This document shows, one piece after another, positions 14,884 through 28,034 of a stretch of DNA of 64,000 nucleotides (its first letter is position 1; each line of letters opens with the position of its first letter). A model generated the notes under the pieces. That model was not told the origin of the DNA and ran no database searches. It saw nothing but the letters and a program-made list of their open reading frames with translations. Origin of the DNA: Chrysomallon squamiferum (Eukaryota; Animalia; Mollusca); contig CM022672.1 in the NCBI GenBank assembly GCA_012295275.1, positions 7,998,001 through 8,062,000 of the forward strand, read 5' to 3'. The translations under genes were made by a program, and so were the position numbers.

Positions 14884-17800
14884 TTAAATTTGAGCAGCGG
14901 TAGCCGATGTCTGGCTTGTTGCTGATGTGGCTGAAGTCTGACTTGTAGGTGAAGTAGCTGACGTTTGGCTCGTGGCTGATGTCGCTGAGGTCTGGCTTGT
15001 AGCAGACGTAGCCGATGTCTGGCTTGTTGCAGAGGTAGCTGATGTCTGGCTCGTAGGTGAGGTCTGACTTGTAGCCGATGTAGGTGAGGTCTGGCTTGTG
15101 GCTGATGTGGCCGAGGTCTGGCTTGTAGCAGAAGTAGCCGATGTAGGTGAGGTTTGGCTTGTAGCAGAGGTAGCCGATGTCTGGCTTGTTGCTGATGTGG
15201 CTGAAGTCTGACTTGTAGGTGAAGTAGCTGACGTTTGGCTCGTGGCTGATGTCGCTGAGGTCTGGCTTGTAGCAGACGTAGCCGATGTCTGGCTTGTTGC
15301 AGAGGTAGCTGATGTCTGGCTCGTAGGTGAGGTCTGACTTGTAGCCGATGTAGGTGAGGTCTGGCTTGTGGCTGATGTGGCCGAGGTCTGGCTTGTAGCA
15401 GAAGTAGCCGATGTAGGTGAGGTTTGGCTTGTAGCAGAGGTAGCCGATGTCTGGCTTGTTGCTGATGTGGCTGAAGTCTGACTTGTAGGTGAAGTAGCTG
15501 ACGTTTGGCTCGTGGCTGATGTCGCTGAGGTCTGGCTTGTAGCAGACGTAGCCGATGTCTGGCTTGTTGCAGAGGTAGCTGATGTCTGGCTCGTAGGTGA
15601 GGTCTGACTTGTAGCCGATGTAGGTGAGGTCTGGCTTGTGGCTGATGTGGCCGAGGTCTGGCTTGTAGCAGAAGTAGCCGATGTAGGTGAGGTTTGGCTT
15701 GTAGCAGAGGTAGCCGATGTCTGGCTTGTTGCTGATGTGGCTGAAGTCTGACTTGTAGGTGAAGTAGCTGACGTTTGGCTCGTGGCTGATGTCGCTGAGG
15801 TCTGGCTTGTAGCAGACGTAGCCGATGTCTGGCTTGTTGCAGAGGTAGCTGATGTCTGGCTCGTAGGTGAGGTCTGACTTGTAGCCGATGTAGGTGAGGT
15901 CTGGCTTGTGGCTGATGTGGCCGAGGTCTGGCTTGTAGCAGAAGTAGCCGATGTAGGTGAGGTTTGGCTTGTAGCAGAGGTAGCCGATGTCTGGCTTGTT
16001 GCTGATGTGGCTGAAGTCTGACTTGTAGGTGAAGTAGCTGACGTTTGGCTCGTGGCTGATGTCGCTGAGGTCTGGCTTGTAGCAGACGTAGCCGATGTCT
16101 GGCTTGTTGCAGAGGTAGCTGATGTCTGGCTCGTAGGTGAGGTCTGACTTGTAGCCGATGTAGGTGAGGTCTGGCTTGTGGCTGATGTGGCCGAGGTCTG
16201 GCTTGTAGCAGAAGTAGCCGATGTAGGTGAGGTTTGGCTTGTAGCAGAGGTAGCCGATGTCTGGCTTGTTGCTGATGTGGCTGAAGTCTGACTTGTAGGT
16301 GAAGTAGCTGACGTTTGGCTCGTGGCTGATGTCGCTGAGGTCTGGCTTGTAGCAGACGTAGCCGATGTCTGGCTTGTTGCAGAGGTAGCTGATGTCTGGC
16401 TCGTAGGTGAGGTCTGACTTGTAGCCGATGTAGGTGAGGTCTGGCTTGTGGCTGATGTGGCCGAGGTCTGGCTTGTAGCAGAAGTAGCCGATGTAGGTGA
16501 GGTTTGGCTTGTAGCAGAGGTAGCCGATGTCTGGCTTGTTGCTGATGTGGCTGAAGTCTGACTTGTAGGTGAAGTAGCTGACGTTTGGCTCGTGGCTGAT
16601 GTCGCTGAGGTCTGGCTTGCTTGACGTAGCCGATGTCTGGCTTGTTGCAGAGGTAGCTGATGTCTGGCTCGTAGGTGAGGTCTGACTTGTAGCCGATGTA
16701 GGTGAGGTCTGGCTTGTGGCTGATGTGGCCGAGGTCTGGCTTGTAGCAGAAGTAGCCGATGTAGGTGAGGTTTGGCTTGTAGCAGAGGTAGCCGATGTCT
16801 GGCTTGTTGCTGATGTGGCTGAAGTCTGACTTGTAGGTGAAGTAGCTGACGTTTGGCTCGTGGCTGATGTCGCTGAGGTCTGGCTTGCCAGACGTAGCCG
16901 ATGTCTGGCTTGTTGCAGATGTCTGGCTCGTAGGACTTGTAGCCGATGAGGTGAGGTCTGGCTTGTAGCCGATGTAGGTGAGGTCTGGCTTGTGGCTGAT
17001 GTGGCCGAGGTCTGGCTTGTAGCAGAGGTAGCCGATGTCTGGCTTGTTGCTGATGTGGCTGAAGTCTGACTTGTAGGTGAAGTAGCTGACGTTTGGCTCG
17101 TGGCTGATGTCGCTGAGGTCTGGCTTGTAGCAGACGTAGCCGATGTCTGGCTTGTTGCAGAGGTAGCTGATGTCTGGCTCGTAGGTGAGGTCTGACTTGT
17201 AGCCGATGTAGGTGAGGTCTGGCTTGTGGCTGATGTGGCCGAGGTCTGGCTTGTAGCAGAAGTAGCCGATGTAGGTGAGGTTTGGCTTGTAGCAGAGGTA
17301 GCCGATGTCTGGCTTGTTGCTGATGTGGCTGAAGTCTGACTTGTAGGTGAAGTAGCTGACGTTTGGCTCGTGGCTGATGTCGCTGAGGTCTGGCTTGTAG
17401 CAGACGTAGCCGATGTCTGGCTTGTTGCAGAGGTAGCTGATGTCTGGCTCGTAGGTGAGGTCTGACTTGTAGCCGATGTAGGTGAGGTCTGGCTTGTGGC
17501 TGATGTGGCCGAGGTCTGGCTTGTAGCAGAAGTAGCCGATGTAGGTGAGGTTTGGCTTGTAGCAGAGGTAGCCGATGTCTGGCTTGTTGCTGATGTGGCT
17601 GAAGTCTGACTTGTAGGTGAAGTAGCTGACGTTTGGCTCGTGGCTGATGTCGCTGAGGTCTGGCTTGTAGCAGACGTAGCCGATGTCTGGCTTGTTGCAG
17701 AGGTAGCTGATGTCTGGCTCGTAGGTGAGGTCTGACTTGTAGCCGATGTAGGTGAGGTCTGGCTTGTGGCTGATGTGGCCGAGGTCTGGCTTGTAGCAGA

Positions 17801-20800
17801 AGTAGCCGATGTAGGTGAGGTTTGGCTTGTAGCAGAGGTAGCCGATGTCTGGCTTGTTGCTGATGTGGCTGAAGTCTGACTTGTAGGTGAAGTAGCTGAC
17901 GTTTGGCTCGTGGCTGATGTCGCTGAGGTCTGGCTTGTAGCAGACGTAGCCGATGTCTGGCTTGTTGTTGCAGAGGTAGCTGATGTCTGGCTCGTAGGTG
18001 AGGTCTGACTTGTAGCCGATGTAGGTGAGGTCTGGCTTGTGGCTGATGTGGCCGAGGTCTGGCTTGTAGCAGAAGTAGCCGATGTAGGTGAGGTTTGGCT
18101 TGTAGCAGAGGTAGCCGATGTCTGGCTTGTTGCTGATGTGGCTGAAGTCTGACTTGTAGGTGAAGTAGCTGACGTTTGGCTCGTGGCTGATGTCGCTGAG
18201 GTCTGGCTTGTAGCAGACGTAGCCGATGTCTGGCTTGTTGCAGAGGTAGCTGATGTCTGGCTCGTAGGTGAGGTCTGACTTGTAGCCGATGTAGGTGAGG
18301 TCTGGCTTGTGGCTGATGTGGCCGAGGTCTGGCTTGTAGCAGAAGTAGCCGATGTAGGTGAGGTTTGGCTTGTAGCAGAGGTAGCCGATGTCTGGCTTGT
18401 TGCTGATGTGGCTGAAGTCTGACTTGTAGGTGAAGTAGCTGACGTTTGGCTCGTGGCTGATGTCGCTGAGGTCTGGCTTGTAGCAGACGTAGCCGATGTC
18501 TGGCTTGTTGCAGAGGTAGCTGATGTCTGGCTCGTAGGTGAGGTCTGACTTGTAGCCGATGTAGGTGAGGTCTGGCTTGTGGCTGATGTGGCCGAGGTCT
18601 GGCTTGTAGCAGAAGTAGCCGATGTAGGTGAGGTTTGGCTTGTAGCAGAGGTAGCCGATGTCTGGCTTGTTGCTGATGTGGCTGAAGTCTGACTTGTAGG
18701 TGAAGTAGCTGACGTTTGGCTCGTGGCTGAGTCTGAGGTCTGGCTTTGTCTCTGCTTGTGGCTGATGTCGGCTGAGGTCTGGTCTGACTTGTAGCCGATG
18801 TCTGGCTTGTATGTGGCCGAGGTCAGACAGACGTAGCCGATGTCTGGCTTTGCTGATTGCAGAGTCTGACTTGTAGCTGATGTCTGGCTCGTAGGTGAGG
18901 TAGTCTGGCTCGTGTGAGCCGATGTAGGTGAGGTCTGGCTTGTGGCTGATGTGGCCGAGGTCTGGCTTGTAGCAGAAGTAGCCGATGTAGGTGAGGTTTG
19001 GCTTGTAGCAGAGGTAGCCGATGTCTGGCTTGTTGCTGATGTGGCTGAAGTCTGACTTGTAGGTGAAGTAGCTGACGTTTGGCTCGTGGCTGATGTCGCT
19101 GAGGTCTGGCTTGTAGCAGACGTAGCCGATGTCTGGCTTGTTGCAGAGGTAGCTGATGTCTGGCTCGTAGGTGAGGTCTGACTTGTAGCCGATGTAGGTG
19201 AGGTCTGGCTTGTGGCTGATGTGGCCGAGGTCTGGCTTGTAGCAGAAGTAGCCGATGTAGGTGAGGTTTGGCTTGTAGCAGAGGTAGCCGATGTCTGGCT
19301 TGTTGCTGATGTGGCTGAAGTCTGACTTGTAGGTGAAGTAGCTGACGTTTGGCTCGTGGCTGATGTCGCTGAGGTCTGGCTTGTAGCAGACGTAGCCGAT
19401 GTCTGGCTTGTTGCAGAGGTAGCTGATGTCTGGCTCGTAGGTGAGGTCTGACTTGTAGCCGATGTAGGTGAGGTCTGGCTTGTGGCTGATGTGGCCGAGG
19501 TCTGGCTTGTAGCAGAAGTAGCCGATGTAGGTGAGGTTTGGCTTGTAGCAGAGGTAGCCGATGTCTGGCTTGTTGCTGATGTGGCTGAAGTCTGACTTGT
19601 AGGTGAAGTAGCTGACGTTTGGCTCGTGGCTGATGTCGCTGAGGTCTGGCTTGTAGCAGACGTAGCCGATGTCTGGCTTGTTGCAGAGGTAGCTGATGTC
19701 TGGCTCGTAGGTGAGGTCTGACTTGTAGCCGATGTAGGTGAGGTCTGGCTTGTGGCTGATGTGGCCGAGGTCTGGCTTGTAGCAGAAGTAGCCGATGTAG
19801 GTGAGGTTTGGCTTGTAGCAGAGGTAGCCGATGTCTGGCTTGTTGCTGATGTGGCTGAAGTCTGACTTGTAGGTGAAGTAGCTGACGTTTGGCTCGTGGC
19901 TGATGTCGCTGAGGTCTGGCTTGTAGCAGACGTAGCCGATGTCTGGCTTGTTGCAGAGGTAGCTGATGTCTGGCTCGTAGGTGAGGTCTGACTTGTAGCC
20001 GATGTAGGTGAGGTCTGGCTTGTGGCTGATGTGGCCGAGGTCTGGCTTGTAGCAGAAGTAGCCGATGTAGGTGAGGTTTGGCTTGTAGCAGAGGTAGCCG
20101 ATGTCTGGCTTGTTGCTGATGTGGCTGAAGTCTGACTTGTAGGTGAAGTAGCTGACGTTTGGCTCGTGGCTGATGTCGCTGAGGTCTGGCTTGTAGCAGA
20201 CGTAGCCGATGTCTGGCTTGTTGCAGAGGTAGCTGATGTCTGGCTCGTAGGTGAGGTCTGACTTGTAGCCGATGTAGGTGAGGTCTGGCTTGTGGCTGAT
20301 GTGGCCGAGGTCTGGCTTGTAGCAGAAGTAGCCGATGTAGGTGAGGTTTGGCTTGTAGCAGAGGTAGCCGATGTCTGGCTTGTTGCTGATGTGGCTGAAG
20401 TCTGACTTGTAGGTGAAGTAGCTGACGTTTGGCTCGTGGCTGATGTCGCTGAGGTCTGGCTTGTAGCAGACGTAGCCGATGTCTGGCTTGTTGCAGAGGT
20501 AGCTGATGTCTGGCTCGTAGGTGAGGTCTGACTTGTAGCCGATGTAGGTGAGGTCTGGCTTGTGGCTGATGTGGCCGAGGTCTGGCTTGTAGCAGAAGTA
20601 GCCGATGTAGGTGAGGTTTGGCTTGTAGCAGAGGTAGCCGATGTCTGGCTTGTTGCTGATGTGGCTGAAGTCTGACTTGTAGGTGAAGTAGCTGACGTTT
20701 GGCTCGTGGCTGATGTCGCTGAGGTCTGGCTTGTAGCAGACGTAGCCGATGTCTGGCTTGTTGCAGAGGTAGCTGATGTCTGGCTCGTAGGTGAGGTCTG

Positions 20801-23800
20801 ACTTGTAGCCGATGTAGGTGAGGTCTGGCTTGTGGCTGATGTGGCCGAGGTCTGGCTTGTAGCAGAAGTAGCCGATGTAGGTGAGGTTTGGCTTGTAGCA
20901 GAGGTAGCCGATGTCTGGCTTGTTGCTGATGTGGCTGAAGTCTGACTTGTAGGTGAAGTAGCTGACGTTTGGCTCGTGGCTGATGTCGCTGAGGTCTGGC
21001 TTGTAGCAGACGTAGCCGATGTCTGGCTTGTTGCAGAGGTAGCTGATGTCTGGCTCGTAGGTGAGGTCTGACTTGTAGCCGATGTAGGTGAGGTCTGGCT
21101 TGTGGCTGATGTGGCCGAGGTCTGGCTTGTAGCAGAAGTAGCCGATGTAGGTGAGGTTTGGCTTGTAGCAGAGGTAGCCGATGTCTGGCTTGTTGCTGAT
21201 GTGGCTGAAGTCTGACTTGTAGGTGAAGTAGCTGACGTTTGGCTCGTGGCTGATGTCGCTGAGGTCTGGCTTGTAGCAGACGTAGCCGATGTCTGGCTTG
21301 TTGCAGAGGTAGCTGATGTCTGGCTCGTAGGTGAGGTCTGACTTGTAGCCGATGTAGGTGAGGTCTGGCTTGTGGCTGATGTGGCCGAGGTCTGGCTTGT
21401 AGCAGAAGTAGCCGATGTAGGTGAGGTTTGGCTTGTAGCAGAGGTAGCCGATGTCTGGCTTGTTGCTGATGTGGCTGAAGTCTGACTTGTAGGTGAAGTA
21501 GCTGACGTTTGGCTCGTGGCTGATGTCGCTGAGGTCTGGCTTGTAGCAGACGTAGCCGATGTCTGGCTTGTTGCAGAGGTAGCTGATGTCTGGCTCGTAG
21601 GTGAGGTCTGACTTGTAGCCGATGTAGGTGAGGTCTGGCTTGTGGCTGATGTGGCCGAGGTCTGGCTTGTAGCAGAAGTAGCAGAAGTAGCCGATGTAGG
21701 TGAGGTTTGGCTTGTAGCAGAGGTAGCCGATGTCTGGCTTGTTGCTGATGTGGCTGAAGTCTGACTTGTAGGTGAAGTAGCTGACGTTTGGCTCGTGGCT
21801 GATGTCGCTGAGGTCTGGCTTGTAGCAGACGTAGCCGATGTCTGGCTTGTTGCAGAGGTAGCTGATGTCTGGCTCGTAGGTGAGGTCTGACTTGTAGCCG
21901 ATGTAGGTGAGGTCTGGCTTGTGGCTGATGTGGCCGAGGTCTGGCTTGTAGCAGAAGTAGCCGATGTAGGTGAGGTTTGGCTTGTAGCAGAGGTAGCCGA
22001 TGTCTGGCTTGTTGCTGATGTGGCTGAAGTCTGACTTGTAGGTGAAGTAGCTGACGTTTGGCTCGTGGCTGATGTCGCTGAGGTCTGGCTTGTAGCAGAC
22101 GTAGCCGATGTCTGGCTTGTTGCAGAGGTAGCTGATGTCTGGCTCGTAGGTGAGGTCTGACTTGTAGCCGATGTAGGTGAGGTCTGGCTTGTGGCTGATG
22201 TGGCCGAGGTCTGGCTTGTAGCAGAAGTAGCCGATGTAGGTGAGGTTTGGCTTGTAGCAGAGGTAGCCGATGTCTGGCTTGTTGCTGATGTGGCTGAAGT
22301 CTGACTTGTAGGTGAAGTAGCTGACGTTTGGCTCGTGGCTGATGTCGCTGAGGTCTGGCTTGTAGCAGACGTAGCCGATGTCTGGCTTGTTGTTGCAGAG
22401 GTAGCTGAGAGGTAGCTGATGTCTGGCTCGTAGGTGAGGTCTGACTTGTAGCCGATGTAGGTGAGGTCTGGCTTGTGGCTGATGTGGCCGAGGTCTGGCT
22501 TGTAGCAGAAGTAGCCGATGTAGGTGAGGTTTGGCTTGTAGCAGAGGTAGCCGATGTCTGGCTTGTTGCTGATGTGGCTGAAGTCTGACTTGTAGGTGAA
22601 GTAGCTGACGTTTGGCTCGTGGCTGATGTCGCTGAGGTCTGGCTTGTAGCAGACGTAGCCGATGTCTGGCTTGTTGCAGAGGTAGCTGATGTCTGGCTCG
22701 TAGGTGAGGTCTGACTTGTAGCCGATGTAGGTGAGGTCTGGCTTGTGGCTGATGTGGCCGAGGTCTGGCTTGTAGCAGAAGTAGCCGATGTAGGTGAGGT
22801 TTGGCTTGTAGCAGAGGTAGCCGATGTCTGGCTTGTTGCTGATGTGGCTGAAGTCTGACTTGTAGGTGAAGTAGCTGACGTTTGGCTCGTGGCTGATGTC
22901 GCTGAGGTCTGGCTTGTAGCAGACGTAGCCGATGTCTGGCTTGTTGCAGAGGTAGCTGATGTCTGGCTCGTAGGTGAGGTCTGACTTGTAGCCGATGTAG
23001 GTGAGGTCTGGCTTGTGGCTGATGTGGCCGAGGTCTGGCTTGTAGCAGAAGTAGCCGATGTAGGTGAGGTTTGGCTTGTAGCAGAGGTAGCCGATGTCTG
23101 GCTTGTTGCTGATGTGGCTGAAGTCTGACTTGTAGGTGAAGTAGCTGACGTTTGGCTCGTGGCTGATGTCGCTGAGGTCTGGCTTGTAGCAGACGTAGCC
23201 GATGTCTGGCTTGTTGCAGAGGTAGCTGATGTCTGGCTCGTAGGTGAGGTCTGACTTGTAGCCGATGTAGGTGAGGTCTGGCTTGTGGCTGATGTGGCCG
23301 AGGTCTGGCTTGTAGCAGAAGTAGCCGATGTAGGTGAGGTTTGGCTTGTAGCAGAGGTAGCCGATGTCTGGCTTGTTGCTGATGTGGCTGAAGTCTGACT
23401 TGTAGGTGAAGTAGCTGACGTTTGGCTCGTGGCTGATGTCGCTGAGGTCTGGCTTGTAGCAGACGTAGCCGATGTCTGGCTTGTTGCAGAGGTAGCTGAT
23501 GTCTGGCTCGTAGGTGAGGTCTGACTTGTAGCCGATGTAGGTGAGGTCTGGCTTGTGGCTGATGTGGCCGAGGTCTGGCTTGTAGCAGAAGTAGCCGATG
23601 TAGGTGAGGTTTGGCTTGTAGCAGAGGTAGCCGATGTCTGGCTTGTTGCTGATGTGGCTGAAGTCTGACTTGTAGGTGAAGTAGCTGACGTTTGGCTCGT
23701 GGCTGATGTCGCTGAGGTCTGGCTTGTAGCAGACGTAGCCGATGTCTGGCTTGTTGCAGAGGTTGCTGATGTCTGGCTCGTAGGTGAGGTCTGACTTGTA

Positions 23801-24262
23801 GCCGATGTAGGTGAGGTCTGGCTTGTGGCTGATGTGGCCGAGGTCTGGCTTGTAGCAGAAGTTTTGTAGGTTTTTTGGCTTTGTAGCAGAGGTAGCCGAT
23901 TGTTGCTGATGTGGCTGAAGTCTGACTTGTAGGTGAAGTAGCTGATTTCTGGCTTGTAGCAGACGTCTGATTTGTCTGGCTCGTAGGTGAGGTTTTGTAG
24001 CCGATTTGAGGTCTGGCTTGTGGCTGATGTGGCCGAGGTCTGGCTTGTAGCAGAAGTAGCCGATGTAGGTGAGGTTTGGCTTGTAGCAGAGGTAGCCGAT
24101 GTTTGTTGCTGTTTGAAGTCTGACTTGTAGGTGAAGTAGTGACGTTTGTTTTGGCTGATTTTTATTTTTTTTGTTTTGTTGTTGCTTTTGTTTATTTTTG
24201 CATTATTTATTTTATTTTGGCTCGTGGGTGGCTGTTTATTATTATTTTTATTTTTGTTGTTG

Positions 24263-24330
<68 letters not shown>

Positions 24331-26515
24331 GTTATTTTAGCAAGAAGTGAATGAATTATACAACACACAGGTTTACTTCCAATAGTTCAAACTATTTCCT
24401 TCTGGAATAATTGTTTTTTCTTTGTAACTATGCAGTGTATGAACAGTTAGACTTACCTGCAGACCACCTTCGAAGCTATGTCACAGGCACCTGTCTTGGA
24501 TTCGTAGATGAGGGGCATAGGGCATGTAAGGTGTGCAGTGACTCCAAAATTGCAAAAGAAATATCTAGTACAATCAAAGCAGTCAGGGTAGTAACTCAAG
24601 GGCGAGTTAAGAGCACACCCTGTTATGCACGTAAGCTTGTCTGAACGAAGGAAATAGAAGAATACAAATTTTTAAAACATTAATTATAATAATGACATTG
24701 TTTTATTCATTTGATTCGGAATATATATTTTTGTGCGCTCTAGGCCTTTGATTCTTCAAGTTGGAGTAAATTATTATTAATGAAAACAGAAAATTGTAAA
24801 ATGATATTTCGATCTTTGGTTGAATAGATACTGAATTGTCTCGTCTGCTTCACCATTTCGCAATGTATATTTGATGTTTGAATAAATATATTAGTCGTAT
24901 GAAAACGTTTAAATATGTCAGATTAAGAAACAACAATGTCCTGATAATCGAAGTGCAATTGCAAAACTTACATGGCGACGCTGGTGTAGGACTTGTACCA
25001 CTGGTAGTAGACGTTATCCACGTTGCCGATGTCGGGCTTGTCACCGACTGCTGACTGAATGCTGATGTTGGGCTAGTTGTTAATGACTGTCGACTTGTTA
25101 CTGACGTCCGACTCGTGGCTGATGTGGCACTTGTCGCTGATGTTGTACTGTAAATTATATACCGATGTTAATTCTAAACTGTTGAAAAGAGTCGGAAGAA
25201 TCGATTTTCGTTCTTAAGTATTCTGTCAACTAAATCATCAAGATATAGAAACTATAATGCATAAATACAGTGACAAACGTTAGTAGTAATTGTGATATAA
25301 TGCTCTGATAATCTTAATTTCATGAGAGACCTTTTATTTTAAAAGAGTTTTAGTATATATGTTAACTTACACACAAGTTACTAAGTACTGATAGTTGCAA
25401 ATTCCTTGCACTGCGTCGTACAAGAGACTTGGTGGACAAGAAAATGAGATGGCTGAGTTCAAATCACAGTTCCAGAACTTAGCGCAGTCACCACAGTCAG
25501 GATAGTTACCAACTGCACGACCCGTGCAAGAAGTGATACAAAATCTGTGTACTGTAAATACATAAATAAATAAATAAATAAATGCGAGTAGCAACAACAA
25601 CAACAACAACAATAATAATAATAATAATAAAATAAATAATAGTAACGAAAAAGTTTAAATTATCATAATTATTATTGTTTGGGTTTTCTGGATTGTTGTT
25701 TTCCCTTCTGCTGTTTTTACACACACTGTTTCTATAATTTGCTTCCTGTTATTTAACGATCTTTGCATTTTGCTTACTTTTTTTATTATAGTTATTTTCT
25801 GTTGTTGTCTGTTTGTTTGGCTTTCTTCTTTTTTTTACTTCTTTTTTTCGAAGGAGACTATTTGTTTGACAGTAATGGAAACTTTCTGAACATTTAAGGT
25901 CAAACGTTTTAGAAAGCCATTATAAGATATGTACGTACTATTTTCCATTTGTTTTTTTCCTGGCAATTCTTACCTAATGGTAAATTTCTTCTTCGGTACT
26001 ATAAAATTTCAATTTATAAAATACCAACAATTTTAAAAATATTTATTTAATTATTTATTTTATTTTATTTTATTTTATTTTATTTTATTTTATTTTATTT
26101 TTTTTATTTGTTTTTTTTGATTTGATTTGATTTGATTTGATTTTATTCATAACAAGTTCACATCCATACTTACCAAGAGAAGGTGGTGTCATGGATGTTA
26201 CGCTGGTTGTTGGAGTCTGGCTGGTCGCTGACGTGGTCGTTGTTGGCGATGTCATGCTTGTTTGTGACTGAAGGCTGGATGCAGAGGTTGGGCTTGTAGT
26301 TACCGACTGGGGACTGGTTTTGGAAGTGAGACTCGTTAACGACGTCATACTTGTCGCTGACGTTGTGGAGGACGTTGTAGTTCTGGCAAAATGGATAATT
26401 ACTTTTTATTAGGTAATTTTTTTACAGATCTGGTAGATAAATAAATGTAATGAAGATAAACAGAACTCGTTCAAAAAACAGTGAAAACTAAAATTTAAAA
26501 AAAATAAAAAATAAA

Positions 26516-26590
<75 letters not shown>

Positions 26591-27995
26591 GGACAAGAAA
26601 TGACAAATCTTAAACTTCAACATATGTTTAAATATTCAGATATTTTTGTTACAATTTAAATAAACAATATTAATTTTTTAAATTAAAATTAGTTAATCAG
26701 TTAATTAATTTATTTTATTAGCATATCAAAAACTAATTTATTTTTTGTTTAAACTTGTAAAACAAGATGGAAAGCAAAACGGCTCTCTGAGCAGGAGAGA
26801 TACACAGTGTAATCTGGAAAAAGATGCCTAACACAAAAACGTGATATTTAAAATAAACTTACATGCAGATAACATTTGACTGGAAATTACATATACCAAG
26901 GACTGCGTCATAATGAAGGCTTGGGGGACAGGAAGTCAGAGTTCCCGTGTTACTATGGCAATTCCAGAAGTTTGCACAGTTGTCACAATCAGGGTATTTG
27001 CCAAGAATGCGCCCAGCGCATGAAGTTACGCAGTACTGTTTAACTGAAAATGTTAACTTTATAAAATAATTCGTGCTTTTTTGTTAGTTTTATTTTTGAT
27101 GAATGGTTCAGTTGTTTTTGATATCATTACATAAATTCAACGTTTTGGACTTTGAAAGAAATAAAGAAACAAAGCCCACAGAAACAAGAAGAACTTAACA
27201 TTGAAATGAATTACTGAGAGAAAGATATACTGCTTAGAGAGAAAAAAAACAACAAAAAAAAAAACGTCGATTAAATATTTATCCTTTTTTTTTTTTTTTT
27301 TTTTTTCTTCAATTATGTCACAAAGTAGACTTCGGACTAAAAAGTAAATTGCTGTTGTCGTTGTTGTTCTTCTTCTCATATGTTAATTATTATTTATTTA
27401 TTTACTTATTTACGTTTTCAGTTATAATTATTTTCTCTGTAAACAGAAACTGTTTCTATGAGCTAATGATACAGGTTTGGTTGAAATGCTTAATTTATGT
27501 ATCAGGTGTAGACTTAGGAATTAAAATGAAAACGGGAAAACGGTTTTGATAGGGCTGTTGACTGACGTCGAGTTAGTATAACTTTTTCTATAATTCTATT
27601 AACAATAAAAATAAATAATAGCTAAAATACAGTCTGGCAGGTGACTTACGATACGACGGCGATGTTGGACTTGTGTTGGACGTCGCACTTGTCGTGGGAG
27701 TTTGGCTCGTGGCCGATACTGTTGTAGTCGCCGATGTTCTACTTGTTTGAGATTGTTGACTGAGAGCTGACGTTGCACTTGTAGTTTGTGACTGTGGGCT
27801 TGTCACTGATGTCAAGCTTGTTGCTGACGTTGCACTCGTTGGAGAGGTCAGAGACGTGGTAGTTGTTCTGGTGAAGGTGTAAAAATAAAGTGACAATTAT
27901 CACTAACAGGCGAAACTAAAACTGCAAGCGCAATACGCACAAATTTTTCTCCCGTATCTTGTTTTCTTCTTCTTATTATTAACTATTGTATTTTC

Positions 27996-28034
<39 letters not shown>

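Noticed and set aside
14900-24145. Array as a CRISPR locus or non-coding satellite
   Set aside because: There are no unique spacers and the context is eukaryotic. The strict codon-level T-S-X frame and its position in a gene indicate coding sequence. The + strand frame checked has frequent stops.
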